Source: an uncultured Chlamydiae bacterium (GTDB taxonomy: Bacteria; Chlamydiota; Chlamydiia; Chlamydiales; Parachlamydiaceae). From it: a stretch of DNA of 64,000 bases. Of the stretch, positions 49,454-59,509 are shown piece after piece. How positions within the stretch are numbered: position 1 is the first letter of the stretch; every line of letters begins with the position of its first letter. The DNA lies in assembly GCA_963830365.1 (NCBI GenBank), contig CAWHMU010000046.1, forward strand, positions 79,041 through 143,040, read 5' to 3'. Both the position numbers and the translations under genes were made by a program. The notes beneath the pieces are model-generated. The model made no database searches. It was not told where the DNA came from and saw only the letters and a program-made list of their open reading frames with translations.

Positions 49454-49782
49454 TATCCTAGAAACAGTAGTTGAGCATGCGAAATGGTGTTCAAGATTTT
49501 TGGCTGCAACGGTTTGCTAAAGGCAGGGACATCACCAAATCAGCCCTTGTTAACCTTACACAGTGAAAATTTTCGGTCACAAAGCGCTGACTGAAAAGGT
49601 GGCTAAGGCTGAAAGCCTGGGCTTTCATACACCAGGCTTTCAGCCTAAGCTGCCGTTTTCCTTATCGATCCGAGACCGAAAAAGTGAACAAGGCCCAAAA
49701 TCGGTGAGGCCCTGTTTTTCGAAAAACCATTGCAGCCAAAAGGATTGTGCAGATTTCCCAGGCAACTACTGTTTCTAGGATA
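49454..49782. mobile_element. TA-flanked MITE (IS630-like ends) containing a second MITE at about 49544-49693
   Basis: TATCCTAGAAACAGTAGTTG / CAACTACTGTTTCTAGGATA (20-bp perfect IR); inner CCTTGTT...TTCGGTCAC / GACCGAAAAAGTGAACAAGG around AGGCTGAAAGCCTGG..CCAGGCTTTCAGCCT. Confidence 0.75.
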
Positions 49783-49784
49783 GA

Positions 49785-50543
49785 CTACAGCGTGGCCAAG
49801 CGACGGACGGAGTCGCGGATAGCCAGCGCGTCGCGGCTATTTTGCTTGTCGGTAGTTTCAAAACCCCATTTGAAGAGCATCGCGCCGCCCGCCGTAAATG
49901 AAGTGACAGCTCCTGCCAGTAGAAATGCCGCCGGGAAAGTGGCAAAGGCACCAGCCAGCAGCAATCCGCAGCCCGCCAGCAATCCAACTCTCAAGGCCAG
50001 ATCGATAATGGCAGAGTCTTTAATGCGCTTGCATACCCTGGCCTTTAGTTCCGTGGCAAGTCTTGCCTCATTCACCAGCGCCTGATCGCCGGCCGGCGCT
50101 TCGCGTTGATAGCGGTTGAGCTTATCTTTGGCAAGCTCGCTATCTTCAAGATCATGACTGGCCTCCTGGCAGCGGCCGATGGCAGAGCCGGTGGCAAAGA
50201 GGGCGATGGCGCCAACGACCATGGCAATGACACCGATCAGCACGCGCTGGCCGCTCTCTTCTTCGGAACGCCTGGCTCTATCGGCACCTGGTCCTACATA
50301 GACCACGGATGGGGAACTATAGGGCATAAACCACCAGTAGGGAGAATAGCCATAATGATGATGCACATCGACGCGATTGGATCCGCCGGCCGGGCCCTCG
50401 CCTTGCAATATCCGGCCGGCAAAAGCGGCGGCATTTTGCGCGATCTGGCTGACGCCGCTGCGCACCGTTTCAGATTGAGCTTGCGAGGCAAAATTAGCGG
50501 CAGAAGCTATAGGTGCAGTTGGCCTTTCAACATATGTACTCAT
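49785..50543 (-). CDS. Inc-like membrane protein, paralog 1
   Basis: SD GAGG; one TM plus a C-terminal bilobed hydrophobic region; paralogous to 52569-53414. Confidence 0.75.
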   Translation of the reverse strand: MSTYVERPTAPIASAANFASQAQSETVRSGVSQIAQNAAAFAGRILQGEGPAGGSNRVDVHHHYGYSPYWWFMPYSSPSVVYVGPGADRARRSEEESGQRVLIGVIAMVVGAIALFATGSAIGRCQEASHDLEDSELAKDKLNRYQREAPAGDQALVNEARLATELKARVCKRIKDSAIIDLALRVGLLAGCGLLLAGAFATFPAAFLLAGAVTSFTAGGAMLFKWGFETTDKQNSRDALAIRDSVRRLATL

Positions 50544-50653
50544 GCGATTTCCTCGTAGGTATTAAGTTTGATGCTTACCTTAAACATCACAAATATATGT
50601 GAAGTGATGATTAACCCATTATTAAGATTTGATTACTTTTCGCGTGATCTCTA

Positions 50654-51144
50654 CCTTGTCGGCGCCCACAACTATCAATCGAATATTTTAAGTCATTTTT
50701 TGGGCCATGCTCGCCTATTCGGTCAAGAAAGCAAAAAGAGAGGAACTCCTACGGAGTTAAATGCAATTATTCGTTCTCCCGTAGTTTCAGCTGTCTTCGC
50801 TTTCGCTCGCGAGCCTTAACTACGGGCTACAAAGAGATTGATCTGCAAGACCTCAAAAGAACTCATCGCCTATGTAGCGGCAGAGAAGGTAGATTAATAA
50901 ACCTCATTGTGAATATATTTCAAAGCTTTTTTTGTTGGCGGAGCTTATCTCTTTGTAGCATGTGGCTAAGGCATGCGAGCGAAAGCGAAGACACCCGCAG
51001 CTATGGGAAAACACATATTCTTGTTTAACTCCGTAGGAGTTCCTCTCTTTATACTTTGTTGACCGAATATTTTCCCTACCATGCTGATAATGGCCAAAAA
51101 AATGAATCAAACTATTCGATTGATAGTTATGGGTAACGACAAGG
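50654..51144. repeat. 490-bp imperfect palindrome with two copies of repeat unit U
   Basis: CCTTGTCG/CGACAAGG ends, TATTCGGTCAA/TTGACCGAATA, AACTCCTACGGAGTT/AACTCCGTAGGAGTT, GTCTTCGCTTTCGCTCGC/GCGAGCGAAAGCGAAGAC. Confidence 0.8.
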
Positions 51145-51249
51145 CTCTCTACAGATAAAAAAGGCATCCAAGAGTCCTATAAGGATCTAAGGGACGCTTA
51201 TAATTCCTGTCCTTTTGGCCCTTTATTTACGCTTTGGATGCCTTTCATT

Positions 51250-52377
51250 TTAAACGCGCAAATCACGCATCCGCATGACGTATTCGCTGGCGCGGCGATT
51301 CTGCTTGTTTGCAGCCGCAACAATCGTTTCATTTTTTTGCAAACTTGCTGAGGCGAAATCAAGGGCCAAGCCGTTATGCTGCACTGCCGCCAGCATGAAG
51401 TTATAATCGTCTTTTAGATCTATTGGTGCCAAGGCGAGGTATTCGTGACTGGCCAAGGACAGCAGCAGCAGGATATCCTGATCACCGAGCAATGCTTGCT
51501 GTTTGGGTGATAATTGGCCATTAGCTGTTTTAACTTTCAGGTCGTCCGGGCTGCCAAGGTCTAATATATTGGCGATTTGGCGGCTGATAGCTTTTTTGGC
51601 TGCACTTGGATTTATAGAGGTGTTTGCTGATGACGTCAGGCTGGTAATTTCGTCGATTTCCTTAGCATATTGCGACAGCCACACATGATGCCCTTCCGGT
51701 GCCAATTCTGCAGTGCCGAGTGTGGCAGACTTCTCCTCAGCTACCACCACCCAGCCTTTTCCCACAGAACCTTCCGGTCCGTCTCCTCCTTCCTCATAAC
51801 CTTCCGGCCCATCCCCTGCATAGCTCATCGCCTCCGGCTGCCCGTCCAGGCGGATTAAGGCGGCGATGGCTTTCTTTAGCATTTGGTCGATGCTTTCAGC
51901 AACCCCTGCATGAACGGCTGGCGTCGAAACGTTATTTACACGAGCCTCCCGGGCATTAGAATCCGGACTGCCGCCTTTTTGTTCTGCATTTTCCAATGCA
52001 GACCCATGCTGCTGTGAAGGATGCAGAGGGCTTTCGCTTGCCGGCGCCCTCACCGGCACATATATGGAAACAGCCTTTTCCATTTTAGCGGCGGGTCTTA
52101 TGAATAGGGCCATGCCTGCAATAAGGGCGGCCAATTTAAGCATAGAGCCGCCATAGCTGGTCTCTGTAAAGGCATTGTCATCGACCACCTCGGGCGCGGC
52201 GCTGATATAACGGCCGATAGTCCAGACACAAAGGCCTGCCAGGGTTGGCAAGGCTAAGCTTTTGACCACATACCAGTCGGATTCGTGTTTATGTGCATGC
52301 TGTGAGTCAGCGGCAGCCTGGCAGATAGGGATTGTCAAGGCCCGAGTTGAAGGGGATATTTGAGGAAGCATAAGCAT
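51250..52377 (-). CDS. Membrane-anchored protein with a C-terminal DUF4116-like repeat
   Basis: Two hydrophobic segments; LKDDYNFMLAAVQHNGLALDFASASLQKNETIVAAA. Confidence 0.75.
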   Translation of the reverse strand: MLMLPQISPSTRALTIPICQAAADSQHAHKHESDWYVVKSLALPTLAGLCVWTIGRYISAAPEVVDDNAFTETSYGGSMLKLAALIAGMALFIRPAAKMEKAVSIYVPVRAPASESPLHPSQQHGSALENAEQKGGSPDSNAREARVNNVSTPAVHAGVAESIDQMLKKAIAALIRLDGQPEAMSYAGDGPEGYEEGGDGPEGSVGKGWVVVAEEKSATLGTAELAPEGHHVWLSQYAKEIDEITSLTSSANTSINPSAAKKAISRQIANILDLGSPDDLKVKTANGQLSPKQQALLGDQDILLLLSLASHEYLALAPIDLKDDYNFMLAAVQHNGLALDFASASLQKNETIVAAANKQNRRASEYVMRMRDLRV

Positions 52378-52498
52378 TTTCCTGGTTTAGAAATAGTTAT
52401 GGAGTAAGTAAAGCCATTTGCTTTAAATGTCACCATTTATACACAAACCAGCATATATGGAAAGTTGCAACACACGCTTCGGCTCAAATTTCTAGAGA

Positions 52499-52542
52499 GA
52501 AAAAACCAGTCAGACGGAGTGGCAACTTTCGTCTGACTGGTT
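52499..52542 (-). terminator. Intrinsic terminator
   Basis: AACCAGTCAGACG...CGTCTGACTGGTT next to an A-run (a U-run on the minus strand). Confidence 0.7.
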
Positions 52543-52568
52543 GACTTTAGGAAACTTGGCAACACGGT

Positions 52569-53414
52569 TTAGCTGTTGACTTCGTAGCGCAGGACGGCGA
52601 CTGCCAGCTGCAAGTCTTTGGCATCGCGGGCATTTTGGTTATTGGCGCTATCAAAGCCTGATTTAAAGAGCATGCGGCAGGCGGCAATGGTGCCGGCCAC
52701 GGCGCCACCGGCCAAGAGCAAGGGCGCAGCCAGGGTGCCGGCGGCAAGCCCGGTCAGACCAATGACTGAACCTGCTACGCCGGCGCTACAGCCCAGCATG
52801 AGCGTAGCTTGGCTATGCCAGTCGTCGACGGAGGCGTTGACCAGACGCAGGCATACGCGCTCTTTCAAGTCGATCGTTTTTAAGGCCGCATTGACAAGCT
52901 TTTGGTCTTTAGGGTCCAGATTTTGGCAATCCAGCAGCCTGGCTTTAAGCTGCTTGGTGTCGCTCAGCTCGGCGGCCAGATTAGTGTATTTGCCGACGGT
53001 CGTGCCGCTGGAAACGAGCGTGCAAAGGCCGACGACGCCTGCCACCACTGCTGCCGCGAGATAAAGGCCGGTGTGATCACTTTTCTCCTTGCCGTTGGCT
53101 TTCTTTTTGCTATCGGAGCAGGTATTTCTTGGCGGACAAGAAGGCGCTACGTAGACTGTATGATGGGAAGGACCCCAATAGCCCCAAGGCTGCCAGAACC
53201 AGGAGGGTCTTGACTCATGATAGTGGTGATGAACGGTGGTGGGGCCGCTGGCGTGGCTGTTAGTGGCATATTGACTATGCCCTAAAACCTCATTGGCAAA
53301 GTCGCTCGTGGCATTGGCGAAGGCGCGCACCTCGCTGCGGATTTGGGTGGTAAGGCCGGCGGCGGTTGGCGTGTGGCTAAACGGCCTGTCGAAATTTGCG
53401 TCATTTACGTTCAT
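52569..53414 (-). CDS. Inc-like membrane protein, paralog 2
   Basis: Same architecture as 49785-50543, with shared motifs HHHY, LK.RVC.R, MLFK.GF, QN.RDA. Confidence 0.75.
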   Translation of the reverse strand: MNVNDANFDRPFSHTPTAAGLTTQIRSEVRAFANATSDFANEVLGHSQYATNSHASGPTTVHHHYHESRPSWFWQPWGYWGPSHHTVYVAPSCPPRNTCSDSKKKANGKEKSDHTGLYLAAAVVAGVVGLCTLVSSGTTVGKYTNLAAELSDTKQLKARLLDCQNLDPKDQKLVNAALKTIDLKERVCLRLVNASVDDWHSQATLMLGCSAGVAGSVIGLTGLAAGTLAAPLLLAGGAVAGTIAACRMLFKSGFDSANNQNARDAKDLQLAVAVLRYEVNS

Positions 53415-53541
53415 GGATAATCCCTTAGGTATGATGATTAATTAATAAGGCTGATTATGGCCATGCCATATAAAGGCAAGATAAGCGTTCTATTAAGAAT
53501 TCGTTAATTTTCTGGCATGTTCTCAAAACGCCATGGCGCAG

Positions 53542-53756
53542 GGGCCTTGTTCCCTTTATCGGTCAAAGACGGCGATTGAGTTGGTAAATCCTCTCTGTGA
53601 TCTCTGTGGGCTCTGTGGTGGTGAATTTTAAAAACCATAGCGATCACAGAGAGGGGTGAAAAAATTTACCTGCCTTACCGGATGACGACAGTGCTCATCC
53701 TGTAAGGCAGGAAAATTTATCGTGACCGAACATTTTCCTTGTGAAGGTGAACAAGG
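53542..53756. mobile_element. MITE of the CCTTGT...CGGTCA end family carrying CACAGAG repeats
   Basis: GGGGCCTTGTTCCCTTTATCGGTCA ... GTGACCGAAC...GTGAACAAGG, flanked on both sides by CATGGCGCA. Confidence 0.6.
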
Positions 53757-53838
53757 CATGGCGCACGCTTTGGCAATACGGCTTCCTCTCTGCGTCTCTG
53801 CGCCTCTCTGTCTCTGTGGTGTACCCGCGCGCTTTAGC

Positions 53839-55161
53839 CTAGATCAAGAGAGCGGCGGGATTTTCCAGCAGCTTTTGCATGGTGCGCAGGAATTCAGCGC
53901 CGACTACGCCGTCGATGACACGGTGGTCGCCGGAGAGCGTAAGCGTCAGCTCGCTGCCGACAACGATCTGTCCATTTTTGACGACAGGCAGCTGCTGCAT
54001 GCCGCTGACCGCCAGGATGGCAGCCTGGGGCGGGTTGATGATGGCGATGAATTCGGATACGCCGTACATGCCGAGGTTTGAGATGGTAAAGGAGCCGCCC
54101 TTATACTCCTGGGGCTCAAGCTTGCCCTCTTTGGCGCGTGCCGCCAGGGCTTTGACCTCCAGCGAGATTTCGCCAAGGTTCTTGAAGTCGGCATGGCGCA
54201 CGATAGGCGTAATCAGTCCACCCTGCACGCTGACGGCGATGGAGATATCGATGGTTTTAAAGCGGATCAGGCTATTGGTCAGCGAATTGAAGCCGCTATT
54301 GACTTCAGGATGCTTGCGCAAAGCCAGCGCTGCGGCGCGTACGATGAAATCGTTGAAGGTGACTTTTATCTCCTGATTCTTCAGCTGCTCGCGCACGGCA
54401 ATCAAGGGTTGGGCATCGATCTTCATCGACACATAGAAATGGGGGATATACGATTTGGCTTCCTGCAGCCTTTGGCTGATGACTTTGCGCATAGGCGTCA
54501 AAGGCTCTTCCACAAAGGCGCCCGGAGCTTCGGTCGGGTATTCCTGGCGGCCAAAAACAACCAGCCCCGTCGGCTGGGCTTTAGCAAGATCTTGGCTCAC
54601 GATGCGGTTTCCGGGGCCTGAGCCTTTGACGGTTGAGAGGTCCAAACCTTTCTCTTTGGCCAGCTTGCGTGCAAGCGGCGAGATCTTGCGGCGTGCCATG
54701 CCAACGTCAGCATCTTGTGCGAATTTGTAATTTGCGAGTGGGGCTTCAGGGGTGAATGAGGGGTGGCGCATGGCCGCTGCTGGCGCAGCGGTAGCCGGCT
54801 GGGCGGCAGCTGGCGGCGCATCTTGTGCTTTGCCGTCAGCTGCAGTTTTGGCCGACTGTGCGGCAGCTGTCACTTCCTTGGAGGCGATGCCCTCGGGCTT
54901 ATACCCTTCGATGCTTTCGTTTTTCTCTTCGGTGAGGATGGCTATGGCCTGGTTGACGATGGCTTCGCCGCCGTCGCCGATAATGATTTTGCGCAGCCAG
55001 CCGCTATCAAGTGCGTTGTATTCTACGGTAGCCTTATCTGTGGCCACTTCAAAGACCAGATCGCCGGCTTCGATATGGTCGCCAATTTTTTTATGCCATT
55101 TGGCAATCGTGCCTTCTTCCATGGTTGGAGAAAGTTTTGGCATGGTGAGGGTAAATGGCAT
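53839..55161 (-). CDS. pdhC: Pyruvate dehydrogenase E2, dihydrolipoamide acetyltransferase
   Basis: Lipoyl domain VATDKA, SPLARKLA, FTISNLGM, DHRVIDG. Confidence 0.96.
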   Translation of the reverse strand: MPFTLTMPKLSPTMEEGTIAKWHKKIGDHIEAGDLVFEVATDKATVEYNALDSGWLRKIIIGDGGEAIVNQAIAILTEEKNESIEGYKPEGIASKEVTAAAQSAKTAADGKAQDAPPAAAQPATAAPAAAMRHPSFTPEAPLANYKFAQDADVGMARRKISPLARKLAKEKGLDLSTVKGSGPGNRIVSQDLAKAQPTGLVVFGRQEYPTEAPGAFVEEPLTPMRKVISQRLQEAKSYIPHFYVSMKIDAQPLIAVREQLKNQEIKVTFNDFIVRAAALALRKHPEVNSGFNSLTNSLIRFKTIDISIAVSVQGGLITPIVRHADFKNLGEISLEVKALAARAKEGKLEPQEYKGGSFTISNLGMYGVSEFIAIINPPQAAILAVSGMQQLPVVKNGQIVVGSELTLTLSGDHRVIDGVVGAEFLRTMQKLLENPAALLI

Positions 55162-55181
55162 AACAGTTCAATCCACTCTAT

Positions 55182-56168
55182 TTAGCGATTTAAATTACGG
55201 CGTACGGCAGCTACGATGCGTGGTACGGTAGGCATGGTCTCTTTTTCCAAGGCCTTGGAATAAGGCATCGGGGTCTCCCTTTGGCAGACGCGTTCGATCG
55301 GGGCGTCCAGATCATCAAAGCAGTGTTCTTGGATTTGAAAGGCCGTCTCGGCACAGATGCCGGTGAAGACATGCCCTTCCTCCACCAAAACGGCATGGTG
55401 GGTTTTACGCACCGACGCCGCTATGGTAGCGATATCCAGCGGCTTGATGGTGCGCAGGTCGATAAGTTCAGCCTTGATCCCCTGCTTGGCCAGCTCCTTG
55501 ACGACCTGGCGGCATACTATTACCATCTGGGCGTGGGCGACGATGGTGACATCGGTGCCGGCTTCCACGACTTTGGCTTTGCCGATAGGCACAAGGTATT
55601 CCTCTGTAGGGATTTCCATTTTGTCGCCATAGGACAGTTCCGATTCAAGGAAGAGGACGGGATTGTTATTGCGGATGGCAGCTTTCAATAGCCCTTTGGC
55701 ATCATAAGGGTTGCTTGGCGCGATGATGATCAGGCCGGGGAAGTTGGCATAGATGGCTTCCACGCAGTGGGAATGCTGGCTTGACACCTGGGCGGCAGCG
55801 CCGTTGGGGCCTCTAAAGACGATGGGCACGGGGAAGCGGTTGCCCGACATATAGTACATTTTGGCGGCATTGGATATGATCTGGTCGGCAGCCACGAAGG
55901 AGAAGTTGAAGCTCATGAATTCCACCACCGGGCGCAGGCCCGTCATGGCGGCGCCGATGCAAAGGCCGCTGAAGCCAAGTTCTGCAATGGGTGTATCGAT
56001 GACGCGCCTTGGACCCCACTTATCGAGCATGCCTTTAGTGACCTTATACGCGCCATTATATTCGGCCACTTCCTCCCCCATGATAAAGACGCGTTCGTCA
56101 CGTGTCATTTCCTCATCAAGGGCTTGCCGCAGGGCTTCGCGCATTTCCACTAGTTGCATTTCGGACAT
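55182..56168 (-). CDS. pdhB: Pyruvate dehydrogenase E1 beta subunit
   Basis: GEEVAEYNGAYKVT, DTPIAE, RGPNGAA, SQHS. Confidence 0.96.
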   Translation of the reverse strand: MSEMQLVEMREALRQALDEEMTRDERVFIMGEEVAEYNGAYKVTKGMLDKWGPRRVIDTPIAELGFSGLCIGAAMTGLRPVVEFMSFNFSFVAADQIISNAAKMYYMSGNRFPVPIVFRGPNGAAAQVSSQHSHCVEAIYANFPGLIIIAPSNPYDAKGLLKAAIRNNNPVLFLESELSYGDKMEIPTEEYLVPIGKAKVVEAGTDVTIVAHAQMVIVCRQVVKELAKQGIKAELIDLRTIKPLDIATIAASVRKTHHAVLVEEGHVFTGICAETAFQIQEHCFDDLDAPIERVCQRETPMPYSKALEKETMPTVPRIVAAVRRNLNR

Positions 56169-56217
56169 ATAAACTCTCTTAAAATATACTTATTATATCA
56201 ATCTTATGGGGCCGTTT

Positions 56218-57258
56218 TCACTGGGCGAAAACATCTTCTTCGAGCGTGATCGGATCGGGCCATGGGCTGTCATCGGCATACTTCATGGCTTCCACCACCA
56301 GTTCGCGCTCTTGTTTGTCCATTTCCTTGACGGTGTCGCTATCGATCATGCCCTCATCGATCAACGCCTGCTGCAGCAGTGCAATCGGATCGCGCTGCTG
56401 GCAGGTTTTGAGCTCTTCTTTACTGCGGTAGAGCCCCGGATCCGAGATCGAATGGCCGCGAAAACGCTCCGTCAGCACCTCGACCAGCACAGGCTCGCTG
56501 GTCTTAAGCACCTCTTTATGCACATGCTCAAAACCGGCATAGCAGTTGAAGAAATCCATGCCGTCGAAGGTATAGCCTTTCATGCCATAGCCCGGCGCCT
56601 TGTCTTCGGCCAGCCTCGGCACGCTGATGGCGCGATCGATGGCAGTGCCCATGCCCCAATGGTTGTTTTCGATGACATAAATGCAGGGCAATTTCCATAG
56701 CGCCGCCAGGTTTAGCGCCTCGTGAAAGGCGCCTTGGGCGACGGCGCCGTCGCCGAGGAAGCAGATGGCGACTTCATCTTTGTTATTTTGATATTTTATG
56801 GTGAAGGCTGCGCCGGTGGCGATAGGGATTTGTCCGCCGACGATGCCGAAGCCGCCGAGCATGCGTTCGGTATAAAAGTGCATCGAGCCGCCGCGTCCTT
56901 TGGCATTGCCTGTGGCCCGGCCATAAAGCTCTGCCATCAATTCATTGGGCGTTGCGCCGAGCAGCAAAGCCAGGGCATGGCAGCGGTAGGAGGTGACGAA
57001 CCAGTTGTCAGGACCAAGCACCTGCAGTGCGGCCGTTTGGATGGCTTCCTGTCCGATATAGGCATGGAAGAAACCGCCGATTTTGCCTTGCTGGTAGGCG
57101 GATTCGGCGCGGATCTCGAAGTTGCGGATCATCAGCATGCGGCGCAGGTTTTCGATGAGCTTTTCTTTTCCCAGCGCTTTGATAATCTTTTTTTGGTCGT
57201 GCGGAAAGAAATGGGAATCAGTGGATTTTTTTGCGTGCAAAGGTGAATCTTTCATCAT
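56218..57258 (-). CDS. pdhA: Pyruvate dehydrogenase E1 alpha subunit
   Basis: GFFHAYIGQEA, GRGGSMH, GDGA...NN TPP motif, RGHSISD. Confidence 0.96.
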   Translation of the reverse strand: MMKDSPLHAKKSTDSHFFPHDQKKIIKALGKEKLIENLRRMLMIRNFEIRAESAYQQGKIGGFFHAYIGQEAIQTAALQVLGPDNWFVTSYRCHALALLLGATPNELMAELYGRATGNAKGRGGSMHFYTERMLGGFGIVGGQIPIATGAAFTIKYQNNKDEVAICFLGDGAVAQGAFHEALNLAALWKLPCIYVIENNHWGMGTAIDRAISVPRLAEDKAPGYGMKGYTFDGMDFFNCYAGFEHVHKEVLKTSEPVLVEVLTERFRGHSISDPGLYRSKEELKTCQQRDPIALLQQALIDEGMIDSDTVKEMDKQERELVVEAMKYADDSPWPDPITLEEDVFAQ

Positions 57259-57338
57259 CGAATGTCCTTATGACTTCATGCTATCAAGCATATATATATA
57301 GTAAAAACCACACATATTGATATCAAATTAAATTAATA

Positions 57339-58610
57339 TTAGCAGCAGCGTTTCGTCGGTACGATCACTTCTGTAGGGTCGGGCATCGGCAGCCCGTTGG
57401 CGACATCTTGCGCCACTTCATGATCTACGATGGCCGTGACGCAGGAATCGGACCACACGTTGATGGCACTTTCGAGCATATCGATCATGGTATAAAACGG
57501 CAGGATGACACCCAGGATATTTAGCGGCACATTCATAGCCGCCAGAAAAGCGCTCGATAAGAAATAGCAGCCCATCGGCACGCCGGCATTGCCCACGGCA
57601 GCCAGGGTGGCGATGAAGATCCACAAAAACATCTCCACACCGGAAAATACCATGCCGTTACTCATGGAAACATAAAGTACGGTCGTCAAGATAAAGGCCG
57701 CACAGCCATTCATATTAATGGTGGTGCAGAGCGGCAGGGTGAAATTGGACACCTTGGGCGACATGCCCAGATTTTCCTGGGCGCAGCGCATGGCCATGGG
57801 CAGGGCAGCGCTCGAGGATTTGGTGAAAAAAGCCACCGACAGCGCCGGCATCATGCCGCGTACCATTTTCATGGGCGAGAGGCCTTTGAATTTAAGCAAG
57901 AGGGGCAGTACGACGGTCCCCTGGACGATATTTGCCAACAGCACGCAAGCCAGGTACAGCGCCAGGCTCTTGATCTCAAGGCCTTGTCGAAAGTCCTTCA
58001 CGAACAAGGTGATGAATGCCCAGATGGCCAGCGGCATCAGGCCAACGATCCAGGTGGTGATCTTCATAATGGCGGCATAGAGGCTTGAAAAAACCGAGTG
58101 CAGCACCTTGCGATTGTGGTCCGGCAGCGTCAGGATGGCAAGGCTTAGCATCATGGCGATAAACAGCACGCCAATGACATGGTTTTCATAAAAAGGCTGC
58201 ACGATATTTGATGGGATGCTCTTGATCAGATAGGAGTAGTAACTTCCCTGCTGGGTGGCAGCCTCACTGGCCTGCCCCACTTCGGCCGGTAGAGAGGTGC
58301 TTACCGGATCGATGACGACAAAAAGCACTAATGCCACGCTGGCGGCAATCACGGTGGTCAGCAGTGTGTATTTAATGACGCGCTTGCCAAGGCTTTTGAT
58401 TTCACTGACACTTTCCATGCCTGAAGCTGTGGAGACAATCGATAAGAAGATGATCGGCAGGCTGACGAGTTTTAGCAGGTTGATAAAAACTTCTGAAACC
58501 GTGCCGGCGGTGGCATCGATCAGCGGCAAATTGAGATACCCCCCCAAAAGACCCAGCACTGTCGCTAAAGCAATTCTGCGATTGGGCGTCAATATACTCA
58601 TAAGTGACAT
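57339..58610 (-). CDS. Dicarboxylate/amino acid:cation symporter (DAACS)
   Basis: TKSSSAALP, TINMNG, GNAGVP. Confidence 0.9.
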   Translation of the reverse strand: MSLMSILTPNRRIALATVLGLLGGYLNLPLIDATAGTVSEVFINLLKLVSLPIIFLSIVSTASGMESVSEIKSLGKRVIKYTLLTTVIAASVALVLFVVIDPVSTSLPAEVGQASEAATQQGSYYSYLIKSIPSNIVQPFYENHVIGVLFIAMMLSLAILTLPDHNRKVLHSVFSSLYAAIMKITTWIVGLMPLAIWAFITLFVKDFRQGLEIKSLALYLACVLLANIVQGTVVLPLLLKFKGLSPMKMVRGMMPALSVAFFTKSSSAALPMAMRCAQENLGMSPKVSNFTLPLCTTINMNGCAAFILTTVLYVSMSNGMVFSGVEMFLWIFIATLAAVGNAGVPMGCYFLSSAFLAAMNVPLNILGVILPFYTMIDMLESAINVWSDSCVTAIVDHEVAQDVANGLPMPDPTEVIVPTKRCC

Positions 58611-58889
58611 AGACCGATCCCTTTATGTTTTTTACGTCTAAAAAAATTATATTACGTTACATTGTGACAAAACCCTAGCTTTTTGTCAATTCAAATGCCT
58701 ATCAATAACCTTCTAATCAGATTGTATATCTTAATGCTCTTGTTCTTCCGCCCCCTTTATAAGGTTCCGGCTCTGGTTCTACAAGGGCGTTTAGGGTAGT
58801 TTTTTTAAGTGCCGCACAAGCGTTATTTGCATTTTGAAAAGCTTGTGTAGCTTCTATAGTTGCATTCGGGTTTTTATCTGGATGAAACT

Positions 58890-59141
58890 GGTTCATCCGG
58901 TTTTATAGGACCCGCCTAGAAAAGGGTGCGTAGAAATGGGAAAATGTAGGTAACACATCGGAGCAAAAATAACAGGATATTAGGCTGGACAGGATGAAAG
59001 ATTTAAACTTTAGTTTGCCAACTTTGCGATTTACATAAGTCTTGGGCGACCATCCTATTTTTCATATCCTGACCATCGTAATATCCTGTTATTTTTGCTT
59101 GCCCCTTTTCTCTTTACAAGTCCTGCAAAACCGGAAGAACC
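58890..59141. mobile_element. 252-bp ISL3-type MITE with a perfect 8-bp target duplication
   Basis: IR GGTTCATCCGGTTTTATAGGAC / GTCCTGCAAAACCGGAAGAACC; ATGAAACT at 58882-89 and 59142-49. Confidence 0.9.
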
Positions 59142-59509
59142 ATGAAACTGGACTTTTAACTGTTTGCAGGTTTTATTTATTGAATCTTCACAGTATTTAC
59201 CCACTTTACTTAAACAAACGACTTTCTCAGCATGTGCTTTGGCTATTTTGGAAACGGGAAAATGAATTAACAGATGCTATCGAAAAAAACTATCATGGTT
59301 GCATATGAACAATTAAAAATGAATCAAATTTAATATATATACGTCTGTCTTCACCTTTATTGCAACGGTATTTTCGAGATTAGCTGAGATGCGGTTACTT
59401 GAAATGACAATTTTTTATTGACTTGATCAACCCCATTTCGCACTATCCGAAATTGAGCCGCGTTGGTGGGTGACAGCAAGCATTCATATACTACACAAGG
59501 AAACGTATT

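Noticed and set aside
36476..51007. Possible CRISPR array from the recurring repeats
   Set aside because: The copies are dispersed inverted pairs, with no regular repeat-spacer period and no cas genes.
59042..59308. 88-aa ORF upstream of sixA (likewise 15758-16039, 39946-40179 and 49563-49778)
   Set aside because: Each overlaps a MITE or repeat and shows no coding signals.
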